Origin: Trueperaceae bacterium
GTDB lineage: Bacteria; Deinococcota; Deinococci; Deinococcales; Trueperaceae
Direction of reading: 5' to 3'
Assembly (NCBI GenBank): GCA_965214405.1
Contig: OZ243956.1
Span: forward strand, 1,216,001 to 1,280,000
Length of the DNA: 64,000 nucleotides
Of the stretch, positions 1-10,236 are shown one piece after another. Within the stretch, counting starts at the first letter, position 1; each line of letters opens with the position of its first letter. The notes beneath the pieces were generated by a model that had not been told where the DNA came from, made no database searches, and was given only the letters and a program-made list of their open reading frames with translations. A program made the translations under genes and the position numbers.

Positions 1-846
1 CACGTCGATGGCGTAACCCAGCGTGTCCACGACCGCCTGGAGGGGCGGCTCTTTGTCGCCGCCCATTCCCTCGCTCGAGAGACCGTAGAGACCTACCTGC
101 ACGTCCTCAGCGTCCTCGAGCGTCAGCGTCAAGGCCGCGCTCAAGGAGCCGGTGACGCCCGCGCGCGGCGCAAAGGCGAGTCCAAACTGAGCCTGCTCTC
201 CGGGCATCAGGGTAAGGGGCGTTGAGGACGGCGCGAGCGTAAAGTCTTGCGCGTCGGTTCCCGTGAGCTGAGCCTCTGTCAGCGTCAAGGATGCGTCGCC
301 CACGTTTGTGACCGTCACGGTTTGGTTGCCGCCGGTCTCCCCCTGAACTGCACTAAAGACGAGTTCTTGGGAGGCGGGCTCGAGCGCAACCTCGCCCGCG
401 GGTACTTTTCCAGGCGTGTTTTGTACCGTTGTGAAATTCGTGCTGACGGGCACGAACGCCGCGCCGCGCTCGTCTTTTAGCGCCGACGTCACCATAAACG
501 TGTACTGCGTTCCTGCCGTCAGGTCACTCGCAGGCGCAAAGGTCAGAAGGTCACCCTCAGCGGTCGCCGTGCCAGGGACGCTCACACCCGCGCCGGACGC
601 GAGCTGCACGCCGGACGCGAGCGTCATCTTGTCTACCGCCGCCCCTTCAGGCAGCGTGAGCGTGGCGACGACGTCGGTCTCGAGGGGCACATCTACCGCG
701 CCGTTGGCTGGTAGGACCGACGCTACGCTCGGCTGCTCGAGGGCGGGCTGCTCCGGACCACAAGCGGCTAAGACGAAAAGGAGCAAAAAGAGCGGCCCGA
801 ACTTGTATACGGACTTGTGCGGCGTGTGCAAACGTGGATTATTCAT
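1..846 (-). CDS. Secreted lipoprotein with Ig-like domains (runs off the window's left edge)
   Basis: Not in the ORF track. My translation: MNNPRLHTPHKSVYKFGPLFLLLFVLAAC (lipobox), then an SbsA/Big_5-like Ig domain (PANGAVDVPLET...LTFAPASDLTAGTQYT) and an ASH-like domain (TVTVTNVGDASLTL). Frame open to position 1. Confidence 0.8.
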   Translation of the reverse strand, partial: MNNPRLHTPHKSVYKFGPLFLLLFVLAACGPEQPALEQPSVASVLPANGAVDVPLETDVVATLTLPEGAAVDKMTLASGVQLASGAGVSVPGTATAEGDLLTFAPASDLTAGTQYTFMVTSALKDERGAAFVPVSTNFTTVQNTPGKVPAGEVALEPASQELVFSAVQGETGGNQTVTVTNVGDASLTLTEAQLTGTDAQDFTLAPSSTPLTLMPGEQAQFGLAFAPRAGVTGSLSAALTLTLEDAEDVQVGLYGLSSEGMGGDKEPPLQAVVDTLGYAIDV

Positions 847-1360
847 GGGCACCTACTTTGAGTGAATTTGAGTGAAGATGAGATAAGGCGAGAGGGAGGG
901 GAAAAGCAACCGTACGGCGCGACACAGAAAACTTTCAGGTGGTGTGACCTTTCCCTCGTTCTTTTTACCACCCCGGAAACCGCCGAGATGCGTAAAGCTC
1001 ACACCGCCGTCCTCTTGTTAAATTTCTAAACAGGCACGAAACGTGTATGGGTCAGACCCTCTTTTCTCGGCACGCGCTCACCGTACCGGCGTCAGCGCTC
1101 GCGGAAGCGTAACACCCTGGCGGGTAAAACAGTGAGACGTTTTATAAAAACGGTTTATCTTTTATAACCCTGCTTGTTTTATAACCCTGCTCGGTCTTGT
1201 GAAAACCTCTGCCAAGCCGAATTCGTCAGAAAAACAACGAGGTGTAAAAGAATCCACATCTAAACGCCTTTGGGACGTGTAAAAGAGAATGAGAAAGCCC
1301 ACGTACTATTCCCTACCCGCTCAGGATTGGGCCGCTTCGACTGAGCACCGAGAGGAAACA

Positions 1361-2329
1361 ATGGACGTTAAAAAGCTTTTTGAAGCCAAGATGGACCGCC
1401 GCAAACTCATCAACAACCTAGGCATGTTGGGAGCCGGTGCGACGCTGGCCGCTTGCACACCCAGACCCACCGCCCAAACGCCGGACCTGGACACGCAGAT
1501 TCTCAACTTCGCGCTTAACTTAGAGTACCTCGAGGCCGAGTTTTACTTGGCCGCCATCGGGCGCACGCCCTCCTACGATACGGACGGCGTCGGCACCGTG
1601 GGCGCGGTGACGGGCGGCGCACCCGTAGATTTCGGTGATGACGACTTCGGCCAGGCCGTCCGCGCGTACGCCGAAGAAATTGCCACAGACGAAGAGAGAC
1701 ACGTTATCTTCTTGCGTCAAGCATTGGGTGACGCCGCGGTTGCCCGCCCCGCCATTAACATCGGCGGCGGCGCAGAAGGTGCGTTCGGCGTAGCCGCGAT
1801 GGCGGCGGGTGCCACCGCGGGGGTAAACGCCGACACCCAGACGGCCCTCTCAACATTCAGCCCTTACACCAACGCGCTCTTCTTCCTGCACGGCGCTTTT
1901 ATCTTTGAGGACGTTGGCGTAACGGCCTACAAAGGCGCTTCCCCGCTAGTGACAAATGAAACCTTCCTCGAGGCTGCCGCTGGCATTCTGGGCGTCGAGG
2001 CCTACCACGCGAGCGAGGTCCGCACGCTTCTTTACCAAAACAGAACCGAAGTTGCGATTCCCGCGGGCGCTGAGGGCTCGAGCGTCGCGCTCGACGTCCA
2101 GACTATTGTCGGCGCGATTTCGGCGTTGCGCGCGGCTCTTGGCAACGGCAAAGACCAGGGTATTGTCCTTGACGGCAGAGCCAACATTGTGCCCACCGAC
2201 AACAACTCCATCGCCTTTAGCCGCTCCCCGCGCGAAGTGCTTAACATCGTGTACGGAGCCGTAGGTGCCGCTTCGGGTCTGTTCTTCCCCAACGGGGTCA
2301 ACGGTACCTTTACAGATTTGCTGGCATAA
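1361..2329 (+). CDS. Ferritin-like (Ferritin_2) desiccation-related protein, predicted Tat lipoprotein
   Basis: LNFALNLEYLEAEFY, EIATDEERHV, FEDVGVTAYKGA and VEAYHA di-iron motifs; DRRKLI...LAAC signal; RBS GAGAGG before ATG 1361. Confidence 0.88.
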   Translation: MDVKKLFEAKMDRRKLINNLGMLGAGATLAACTPRPTAQTPDLDTQILNFALNLEYLEAEFYLAAIGRTPSYDTDGVGTVGAVTGGAPVDFGDDDFGQAVRAYAEEIATDEERHVIFLRQALGDAAVARPAINIGGGAEGAFGVAAMAAGATAGVNADTQTALSTFSPYTNALFFLHGAFIFEDVGVTAYKGASPLVTNETFLEAAAGILGVEAYHASEVRTLLYQNRTEVAIPAGAEGSSVALDVQTIVGAISALRAALGNGKDQGIVLDGRANIVPTDNNSIAFSRSPREVLNIVYGAVGAASGLFFPNGVNGTFTDLLA

Positions 2330-2346
2330 AAACCCTTTTCTTATGT

Positions 2347-2379
2347 GGGTGTCCGGCAGCTTGACCGGACGCCCTTTTT
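2347..2379 (+). terminator. Intrinsic terminator
   Basis: GGGTGTCCGG-loop-CCGGACGCCC followed by TTTTT. Confidence 0.75.
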
Positions 2380-2509
2380 GCTCCGATTTTTGAAGCCGAG
2401 GCTGGATGAAGGTCCGGTCAACGGTTTCGCAGCACGCTATAAGTGCAATACTACACACGTAAGACGTAAGAAGTGCTAAGGTAGAAGCACGAACATAGGA
2501 GGTTTCGCC

Positions 2510-2833
2510 ATGCGCATCGGTCCTTTAGGCTTACCCGAGATCATCATCATCCTCATTGTGGTGCTCTTAATCTTTGGCCCGCGCCGCCTGCCCGAGATGG
2601 CAAAAGGTATCGGCCAATCCGTCCGGGAGTTCCGCAAGGGCATCCGCGACATGAAAGACGACTTTGAGAGTGAGGTCAACAAAGACGACGAGAAAAAGAC
2701 TCCTCAGGTGAGCGTCTCGAGCATCCCCGACAGCACCTTAGAGTCAGAACGTGCCCAACTTCGCGCCGAGCAAGAGCGCCTGAGCGCCGAAAAAGAAGCG
2801 TTCCGGATGGAAAGGGAAAAGACGAACGCTTAG
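2510..2833 (+). CDS. tatA: Twin-arginine translocase TatA/E
   Basis: GLPEIIIILIVVLLIFGPRRLPEMAKGIGQSVREFRKG; RBS AGGAGG. Confidence 0.95.
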   Translation: MRIGPLGLPEIIIILIVVLLIFGPRRLPEMAKGIGQSVREFRKGIRDMKDDFESEVNKDDEKKTPQVSVSSIPDSTLESERAQLRAEQERLSAEKEAFRMEREKTNA

Positions 2834-2987
2834 GCTCGAGCTGTCGCCAGCAGGTATTATCTGGTTTAAGCAAAGCTAAGCCATTGATTAGACGTTTGAG
2901 ATGTATACACGGTGATATTTGCATCGATGGACTCGGCGTCAACGGAAACCGCTGTAGCTCAGAACTTAGTTCCAAAGAGGTCATGAC

Positions 2988-3719
2988 GTGACGCTAATCG
3001 AACATTTTGAAGAGTTGCGCACGCGCCTCTTTATCGCGGTGGGTGCGTGGATTGTGGGCGCGGGCATCGCGTTTATTTTTCGCTTTACCATTATCGACTG
3101 GCTTAACCAACCCCTGCCACCTAACATCAACCTCGTCGCGCTCGGGTTTCTCGAGCCCTTTACGGTTAGTATGCAGGTTGCCTCCTTTTTTGGACTCGTG
3201 CTGGCAGCACCGGTGATTGGTGGTCAAATTTGGGGCTTTATCGCGCCAGGTCTTTATGATGAGGAGCGCCGCTGGTCGGTGCCTTTCATTCTATTTACCG
3301 CCCTCGCTTTCGCGCTCGGCGTTCTTTTTGCGCGCTACGCGGTGTTACCCTTCACTGTTCCCGTTATCTTAGGATTTTTGGGTGGCGAGGTGACGGTTCT
3401 CCCCTCTATCGGAGACTACATCTCCAAAATCATCCTCATCATGGCGGTGTTTGGGACTATTTTTGAGATGCCCGTGCTCGGTTTTCTCTTAGCGCGCTTG
3501 GGTCTCATCTACGCGCCGATGCTGCGGCAGTATCGCCGCTACGCCATCGTGATTGGCTGCGTCCTGGCGGCGGTTATTACCCCTACCGCCGACCCCTTTA
3601 ATTTCGCGCTTGTCGCCGTGCCGCTTGTGATACTCTACGAAATAAGCATCATCGTCGTACGGTTGTCACAGCGAAAGGTGGAGCATGGAGCAGATTCAGG
3701 ATTTACGCAAACGCATTGA
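2988..3719 (+). CDS. tatC: Twin-arginine translocase TatC
   Basis: HFEELRTRL, FIAPGLYDEER, FEMP, AVITPTADP and LYE motifs; about 6 TM segments. Confidence 0.95.
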   Translation: MTLIEHFEELRTRLFIAVGAWIVGAGIAFIFRFTIIDWLNQPLPPNINLVALGFLEPFTVSMQVASFFGLVLAAPVIGGQIWGFIAPGLYDEERRWSVPFILFTALAFALGVLFARYAVLPFTVPVILGFLGGEVTVLPSIGDYISKIILIMAVFGTIFEMPVLGFLLARLGLIYAPMLRQYRRYAIVIGCVLAAVITPTADPFNFALVAVPLVILYEISIIVVRLSQRKVEHGADSGFTQTH

Positions 3720-4782
3720 TTCATTAAATTTGCAACTTTTGGAGCTTTTGTCCGAGCGGGCAAAAGTCGCCGAGGCCATCGGGGAAGTGCAGACGGGGCT
3801 GGGGCTGTCGCACTACGACCCGGTGCGCGAGCAGGAGATGCTGGACGCGCTGACTCAGGCCAATCCCGGTCCCTTTGACAACAGCACCGTCAAAAGCCTG
3901 TTCAAGAGCATTTTTCAGGCCAGTATGCACTTGGAGCAAGAGGCAGACAAGGTCAAATACCTCACCTCGCGCAAAACGAGGGCGGAGGATACGGTTGTCC
4001 GCGTCGGTGATGTGCCCATCGGCAGCGACCACGCGCCGGTGCTTATCGCCGGACCCTGCGCCATCGAGTCCAAGGAGCAGGTCGAGGCGACGGCGGCGTT
4101 CGTCTCGAGCCGCGGCGTGCGGCTTTTTCGCGGCGGGGCCTACAAACCCCGCACCGACCCCTACTCGTTTCAGGGACTCGGCGAAAAGGGTCTCAAAATA
4201 GGCCGCGAAGCCTGCGACAAGCACGACCTTAAGTTTATCGCCGAAGTGATGGACACCTGCGACGTGGCGATGGTCGGCGAGTACGTGGACGTGTTTCAAA
4301 TAGGCGCGCGCAACGCCCAGAATTTTGCCTTGCTGCGGGCGGTGGGTCGGGCCAATAAACCCGTTTTGTTAAAGCGCGGCCTGAGCGCCACCATCGAAGA
4401 ATGGCTTATGGCGGCGGAGTACCTGTTGAGCGAGGGCAACCGCAACGTGATTCTTTGCGAGCGGGGCATCCGCACCTTTGAAAAGTACACGCGCAACACC
4501 TTGGATGTGTCGGCGGTGGCGTTGGCGAAGCTCGAGACCCACCTCCCCGTCATGGTGGACGTGACGCACTCGGGCGGTCGCCGCGATTTGCTCGTTCCTC
4601 TGACTAAAGCCGGACTCGCGGTGGGGGCCGACGGCATTATGATCGAGGTTCACCCGAACCCCGCGGTGGCGCTGTCGGACAACAAGCAGCAGGTTGATTT
4701 TGAAACGTTCGACAAATACCTTGAAGAAACGGGTTACCACAAAAAACTCTCGCAGAAGCGGCACGAGGTCTACGGGTTTTAG
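3685..4782 (+). CDS. aroF: Bifunctional chorismate mutase (AroQ-type) / DAHP synthase (class I-beta)
   Basis: N-terminal LRKRID...YDPVRE mutase domain; IAGPCAIES, RGGAYKPRT, QIGARN and LCERGIR motifs. Overlaps the tatC 3' end by 35 nt. Confidence 0.92.
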   Translation: MEQIQDLRKRIDSLNLQLLELLSERAKVAEAIGEVQTGLGLSHYDPVREQEMLDALTQANPGPFDNSTVKSLFKSIFQASMHLEQEADKVKYLTSRKTRAEDTVVRVGDVPIGSDHAPVLIAGPCAIESKEQVEATAAFVSSRGVRLFRGGAYKPRTDPYSFQGLGEKGLKIGREACDKHDLKFIAEVMDTCDVAMVGEYVDVFQIGARNAQNFALLRAVGRANKPVLLKRGLSATIEEWLMAAEYLLSEGNRNVILCERGIRTFEKYTRNTLDVSAVALAKLETHLPVMVDVTHSGGRRDLLVPLTKAGLAVGADGIMIEVHPNPAVALSDNKQQVDFETFDKYLEETGYHKKLSQKRHEVYGF

Positions 4783-4823
4783 GCGGGGCTCGAGTCCTGG
4801 TTTATCCGAAAAAGCATAAGTAA

Positions 4824-4857
4824 AAAGAAAGCGCCCCCGTCGTGGGACGCTTTCTTT
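4824..4857. terminator. Bidirectional terminator
   Basis: AAAGAAAGCG...CGCTTTCTTT hairpin between convergent genes. Confidence 0.75.
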
Positions 4858-4877
4858 CGTTAAACCATTAGAAAACT

Positions 4878-5771
4878 TTACGCCGCAGCCTGCTGTTGCC
4901 GCTCCGACTCCTCTTTCCCCGCCTCGTCCAAGGCGCGAAAGTCCTCATCGCTCAGTTCCAGAGACGCCGCCGCGACGTTTTCTTCTAGGTGAGCCACCTT
5001 GCTCGTGCCGGGGATGGGCAGCATCACGGGGCTGCGCTTCAAGACCCAGGCGAGCGCGACCTGTGAGGGCGACGCGCCCAAGCGGCGCGCCACCTCGTCC
5101 ATCACGCTGCCCTCTTTTGCCAGGTCGCCCGCGGCTAATGGGAACCAGGGGATAAAGCCGATGTTCTCGCTCTCGCAGTAGTCCAGAACCTCTTCGCTTT
5201 TGCGCGACACGAGGTTGTACATGTTCTGCACGCTCACGACCTCGAAATATTCCCTCGCCGCTTCTATTTCCTCCACGCTCACCTCGCTCAGGCCCACGTG
5301 GCGGATGAGACCCTCTTCTTGCATCTTGGCGATTTCGGCGAACTGCTCCTCGCGCGGGACTTTGGGGTCGATGCGGTGGAGTTGCCAGAGGTCGATGCGC
5401 TCGAGGCCCAGACGCCGCAAACTCATCAAGACGCACTGCCGCAGGTACTCGGGGCGACCCACAGGCGTCCACTTGTTGGGGCCTTGCCGCGTGTTGGCCC
5501 CTTTGGTCGCGATAAGCAGACCGTCATAAGGATGGAGCGCTTCGTGAATCAGGTCTTCACTTACGTCGGGGCCGTAAGCGTCGGCGGTGTCGATAAAGTT
5601 GACACTTAACTCGGGAAGACGTTGGAGAACGCGGATTGCCTCGCCTTTGTCGTCAGGTTCGCCCCAAATCCCTTTGCCGGTAACCCGCATCGCGCCAAAA
5701 CCTAAACGGTTCACTTCCAAGTCGCCGCCCAGCTTAAAGGTGCCACTCGCCGCTGCATTGGGTGTTGTCAT
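4878..5771 (-). CDS. Aldo/keto reductase
   Basis: [32 protein letters not shown] and PIPGT motifs. Confidence 0.93.
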   Translation of the reverse strand: MTTPNAAASGTFKLGGDLEVNRLGFGAMRVTGKGIWGEPDDKGEAIRVLQRLPELSVNFIDTADAYGPDVSEDLIHEALHPYDGLLIATKGANTRQGPNKWTPVGRPEYLRQCVLMSLRRLGLERIDLWQLHRIDPKVPREEQFAEIAKMQEEGLIRHVGLSEVSVEEIEAAREYFEVVSVQNMYNLVSRKSEEVLDYCESENIGFIPWFPLAAGDLAKEGSVMDEVARRLGASPSQVALAWVLKRSPVMLPIPGTSKVAHLEENVAAASLELSDEDFRALDEAGKEESERQQQAAA

Positions 5772-5985
5772 GTTGGCCTCGCTTTCTACCCAAATCTACG
5801 CCGCCCTTTTTACCCTTGCCTGTAAGGAGGGCGACGGTTCGCCTATATTTGTCCCCATATTTATCCAGGTCGAGAGGTAGACGGTAGCTGTCTTCGCTTG
5901 ATAGCACAAGCTTTTTAGCAATGTGGCGCACCGACGAACTGCATGGAGGCGAGTTTGGCTGGGCTACACGCTTGGTTGGAGCGTA

Positions 5986-6975
5986 CTAATGCGCATCCTG
6001 GACATAGAAGTTTCCGGCATCCGGCAAGGACACCGCGTTATGAGAACGTTGTTGCCTCGAGCGTTTCCGGTTGTACATCAGTTCGTCCGCGCGGTGCAAA
6101 AGCTGCTCTAAGTCGTCACCCGGTTCGCACAGCACCCGACCGATATCGGCCCACACCCCAATCCGACCGGCTGTGGTCTCGGCAGGCTCGGCGAAAAGTT
6201 CCTCGAGCCGCGTTGGGAACAAATCTTTTTTAGTCGCCACGACGAACTCGTCGCCGCCATAGCGCATCACGATGTCGGCCGTGCGGACTGAGCCGCGCAG
6301 ACGTTCAGCGACCTCACGCAATACGTCGTCACCCGCGCGGTGGCCGTAGGTATCGTTAATTTGTTTGAAATTACCGAGGTCGATAAACGAAAGATAAAAC
6401 GTCTCCCCGGTTCTCACCCAATCTTCTAAGCGCTCGAGTCCGGCACCGCGGTTTAAGACCATCGGGAGTAGGGTGTCGGTTCGCGCGACGCGCCGCTCTA
6501 AGTTGAGCGTCAAGAGAGCGGCGACCATCCCCCCTAGTGCGAGCGCGTTTACAGCAGCAAAGCGTACAAACCCTTCTGTTCCCCAGCCACCCACAGCAAG
6601 GGTCAACGTGGTCAGCAGAGCAAGTAAAAGGATAACGGCGGGGCGCGAACCGTTGAGCAGGAGTGTAAGAGCCAAACCAAACATCCAGGTGTAAGCAAGC
6701 GCTTGAAAGGGGCTCGCCGCGCCACCCGTCTCCCGAATAAAGAGGGCTAAAGCAGCCCCTTCACAAAGGTAGAGAAGCCAGGCGGTAGGGCTAAACGCGT
6801 CCCTGGCAAAGTAGGCGGCGATGTAGGCGGCTAACAACGCCAAAAGGACAAACGCCTGCGCCCCGTGTAGCGGCAACAGCCCAGTCAGGTAAAGAGTCAA
6901 ACAGAGCGGGAACGCCAGTAAACTACTGATAACGCGTTGCCGCCAGATAGCGTGGCTTGAGGCTCCAAATTTCAT
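5986..6975 (-). CDS. Membrane-anchored diguanylate cyclase (GGDEF)
   Basis: About 6 TM helices, FKQINDTYGHRAGD, RTAD I-site and RYGGDEF. Start placed at ATG 6975, 7 nt after TATAGT (leaderless). Confidence 0.88.
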   Translation of the reverse strand: MKFGASSHAIWRQRVISSLLAFPLCLTLYLTGLLPLHGAQAFVLLALLAAYIAAYFARDAFSPTAWLLYLCEGAALALFIRETGGAASPFQALAYTWMFGLALTLLLNGSRPAVILLLALLTTLTLAVGGWGTEGFVRFAAVNALALGGMVAALLTLNLERRVARTDTLLPMVLNRGAGLERLEDWVRTGETFYLSFIDLGNFKQINDTYGHRAGDDVLREVAERLRGSVRTADIVMRYGGDEFVVATKKDLFPTRLEELFAEPAETTAGRIGVWADIGRVLCEPGDDLEQLLHRADELMYNRKRSRQQRSHNAVSLPDAGNFYVQDAH

Positions 6976-7141
6976 AACGGCGACTATACAAAATAAAGTC
7001 TTACAAAAAGCTAACAAGGTTTCAGAGGGTACCGGTAAGGGGCTCTCTCTTTCGGCGAAACCCAAGACTTTTGGTTAGGTAGTCTCGAGCCCGTTTCATC
7101 AAAGCGCGACTTTGGGCCTGGACTCGGCTAGACTGTAAGGC

Positions 7142-8149
7142 GTGTTCGATAAACTCCTCAACTTCATCGTCAAGGCGTCTTCCTTAGAGCCCGTCTATAC
7201 CCCCGAGCACTGCCTGGTCGTGACCAAAAAGGTGGGCGGCTGCACTCTCTGCCGCGACACCTGCCCGCACAACGCGATTACGATTAACAAACGGGTCGAA
7301 ATCGACGACATCGACTGCACGGGCTGCGGGCTCTGCGTGCAGGCGTGCCCGTCGCAGGCGCTAGAGAGCAAAGTGAGTTACCAGCCCGGCGCGCCCGTCA
7401 AGTGTTCGCAGGTGGGGGGCTCGGCGCAGACGGTCCAGTGCCTCACCCGGCTTCAGCCGAGCGACCTGCTGCGACTCGCCAGCACCCGCGGCAAGGTGAC
7501 GCTGGCGCGGGGCGACTGCGAAAGTTGCCACATCGGCGCGCCCGAAGTTTTACCGGCGCTTAACGCACTTGCCAAAGACGCGGCGGCGGTGGCGGCCTTG
7601 CGCGGGCGCGAGATTGACTTTCACATCACCCAGACGGACACGCTCGACACCACCGACAACCCCGACCCTGTGAGCCGCCGCGAACTCCTGCGGGGCGGCT
7701 TCCGCAGCGTCCAGCGGAGCGCCGCCGACGCGCTCAAGCCGCTCGACCCCGGCGGCGACACCGATAAAACGCTGCCCAAGGAGATGCAGCGGCACTTTAG
7801 GCTGATCGAGCGCGCGCAGCCCGAGGCCGAAACCGAAGTGCCCTGGACGCTGCCCCGCGTCCATGACGGCTGCATCATGTGCCCTGTCTGCACCAACGTC
7901 TGCCCGACGGACGCGTTTGAGCGTACCTTCGACCCGCCTGACAAGGGCGGCGGCGCGACCTTGCACCTGCACCCGGAGCGCTGCATGGGCTGCAACGCCT
8001 GCACTGCGTCCTGTCCCGTCAAGGTGATTACGCTGGACGATACCGTCACCTGGGAAGAACTTTCCGCAGGCACGCTGCCCGCCTACCGCAAGAATCCCAA
8101 GGATGAGCCGAAGGGGGCGGTCTCGAGGTCGCCAGGGAAGAACACGTAA
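7142..8149 (+). CDS. 4Fe-4S polyferredoxin
   Basis: Several CxxCxxCxxxCP motifs (CTGCGLCVQACP, CIMCPVCTNVCP, CMGCNACTASCP). Confidence 0.88.
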   Translation: MFDKLLNFIVKASSLEPVYTPEHCLVVTKKVGGCTLCRDTCPHNAITINKRVEIDDIDCTGCGLCVQACPSQALESKVSYQPGAPVKCSQVGGSAQTVQCLTRLQPSDLLRLASTRGKVTLARGDCESCHIGAPEVLPALNALAKDAAAVAALRGREIDFHITQTDTLDTTDNPDPVSRRELLRGGFRSVQRSAADALKPLDPGGDTDKTLPKEMQRHFRLIERAQPEAETEVPWTLPRVHDGCIMCPVCTNVCPTDAFERTFDPPDKGGGATLHLHPERCMGCNACTASCPVKVITLDDTVTWEELSAGTLPAYRKNPKDEPKGAVSRSPGKNT

Positions 8150-8158
8150 AAGTTCATT

Positions 8159-10138
8159 TTAACCAACCCCTATCGCGTCGGGGTTTTGCAGAAGCCACAG
8201 TCTGCCGTAGGGCTCGAGCCGCGGTGCATAAGAAAGATTGATAAACGTCTCCTCCAACGCGTTAAAAGGCTCCGTCAAGCCGTTCTCGAAAAGCACCTCC
8301 ACGGGAAGAGGCTGCGGCGCTTCGCTAAAGTTGTATACGGCGACCATTGCGCCCAGCGGATGCAAGCGCCGGTAAACGTAGAGGTGCGGGTTGGGCGTGG
8401 TGAGCGTGACCGACTTGTAAGACGCGTGGAGGTGCGGGGTGCGCTTCCGAGCTCGGATGATCTTTTGGAGGCCTTCAAAAATACGCGCCTCGAGCGTACC
8501 CGGTTCAAAGCGCCGGTTGGCTTTTTCCCAGTCCATAGAAGGCCGGTGCAGCCAGCGGTTGTCGCCTGCGGTCTCGGGGTCCCTTGCATAACCGTAGTCG
8601 TTGAGCAGCCCGATTTCGTCGCCCATGTAGACGAGGGGGATGCCGCCGTAGCCCGCGATAAGCGCGTGACCCAGGAGGATGCGTTCAATAGAAAGAGTCA
8701 CGCGCACGGCGTCTCCCTCCTCCAGCGCCTCTTCCAGCCCCGCTAAGCTCGCAAACGTCCCGGAGATGCGCCGGTCTTGGGTGACCGGGTTGTACTGGAA
8801 TACCGCGCCCCTCGAGTGGCTCCCCCCGAACTCGCCAGCATAATAAGACGACAAAAACTGACGGTGCAAAAAGCCGTTTAAGCCCACCGCCGCCGCGTCC
8901 TCGTCGGTGACCGCCCAGCCGATGTCGTCGTGACCACGGATGTAGGTAGCCCAGGCGACGTTGGTGGGCGTGCGCGGGAACTCCTGCAAGGTGTGGGTCA
9001 TGAGCTTGGTATCGCGGCTCGCCAGAGAGGACCAGAACTGCACCATCAGCGTGTTGTGGTACGCGATGTTCGAGACCTTGCCGTGGTGCTTACCCGTGCC
9101 GAAGTAGTGAATCAAATCCTGCGGCGAGACGATGGCCTCGGCTTTATGCGCCACCGCGGGCGTGGCGACGCGCGAACAAGCGCGTAGAGCCTGGAGCAAA
9201 TCATAGACCTCGGGCTGGTTCTGCGAATTCGTGCCCAGCCGCTTCCACATAAACGCCACCGCGTCGAGCCGGAACACCTCGACGCCGCGGTTGGCAAGCG
9301 TGAGCATCACGCTTACGACGTCCAGAAACACCTCGGGGTTCGACCAGTTGAGGTCCCACTGGTACTCGTTAAAGGTCGTCCAGACCCACTTGTCCATCTC
9401 CGGATAGTGGGAGAAATTGCCGGGCGCGAAGTCGGGGAAGATTTCGGGAAGCGTACGCTCGTACTCGTCGGGCATGGTGCGGTCGGGGTACATGTAGAAA
9501 TAATCTTGATAGCGCGCGTCACCCGCCCTCGCCCGCCTCGCCCAGGGATGCTCTTTGGCGCAGTGGTTGAGGACCAAATCCACGCAGACGCTCACGCCGC
9601 GTTCACGCAAGATGCGGCAGAGGGTTTCCAAGTCGTCTATCGTCCCCACCTTCGGGTCCACCGCCTCATAATCCGCGACCGCGTAGCCGCCGTCGTTCTC
9701 GCCCTCGCGGGGCTTGATGATTTTCATGAGGTGGAGGTAGGTCACCCCCAGCGCTTCGATATAGTCGAGTTTTTCCGTTACCCCCTGAAGCGTGCCCGCG
9801 AAGCGCTCCACATAAAACACATAGCCGACCATGCCCTCGCGCTGAAACCAGTCGGGGCTTAAGTCGCGCTCGAGGTCGAGAAGCTTCAGGTCCTCGGGAC
9901 GCGCTCTATAGCCTTTAGCCAGCAGGACGACGAGGCGTTCTAACACCGCGTCAAAGTCGTCCCTGGCCCCGTACACGGGTTTAAGGCCGTCAAACAGATT
10001 TTGAAAATGGCGCTCGAGCCTCAGCCGAAAAAGTTGCGCGTCCCTGTCGGGAAGGTCTGAGAGGATGCGCTCGAGCGCGGGCTGGAGCCGGTCGAAGAGC
10101 CTGCGCGCCTCGGGCGTAAAGGTGAGAAGGTTTTGCAT
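8159..10138 (-). CDS. Amylosucrase (GH13)
   Basis: NDGGYAV, DLVLNH, YQWDLN, FRLDAVAFMWK, KAEAIV, HDDIGW and DNRWLHRP GH13_4 motifs. Confidence 0.9.
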   Translation of the reverse strand: MQNLLTFTPEARRLFDRLQPALERILSDLPDRDAQLFRLRLERHFQNLFDGLKPVYGARDDFDAVLERLVVLLAKGYRARPEDLKLLDLERDLSPDWFQREGMVGYVFYVERFAGTLQGVTEKLDYIEALGVTYLHLMKIIKPREGENDGGYAVADYEAVDPKVGTIDDLETLCRILRERGVSVCVDLVLNHCAKEHPWARRARAGDARYQDYFYMYPDRTMPDEYERTLPEIFPDFAPGNFSHYPEMDKWVWTTFNEYQWDLNWSNPEVFLDVVSVMLTLANRGVEVFRLDAVAFMWKRLGTNSQNQPEVYDLLQALRACSRVATPAVAHKAEAIVSPQDLIHYFGTGKHHGKVSNIAYHNTLMVQFWSSLASRDTKLMTHTLQEFPRTPTNVAWATYIRGHDDIGWAVTDEDAAAVGLNGFLHRQFLSSYYAGEFGGSHSRGAVFQYNPVTQDRRISGTFASLAGLEEALEEGDAVRVTLSIERILLGHALIAGYGGIPLVYMGDEIGLLNDYGYARDPETAGDNRWLHRPSMDWEKANRRFEPGTLEARIFEGLQKIIRARKRTPHLHASYKSVTLTTPNPHLYVYRRLHPLGAMVAVYNFSEAPQPLPVEVLFENGLTEPFNALEETFINLSYAPRLEPYGRLWLLQNPDAIGVG

Positions 10139-10236
10139 TCCTCATTTATACCAACCGCTCACCTTCACGCACCGCGCTCATCAACCACCGCGGGACGGTA
10201 AGACTTCTGTAAGAGACGAGTTTCTAAAGTGGGAGC

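Noticed and set aside
247..865. Plus-strand ORFs 247..480 and 416..865, and the many nested antisense ORFs throughout the track
   Set aside because: They are shadows of real genes on the opposite strand in GC-rich DNA; here the true gene is the minus-strand lipoprotein 1..846.
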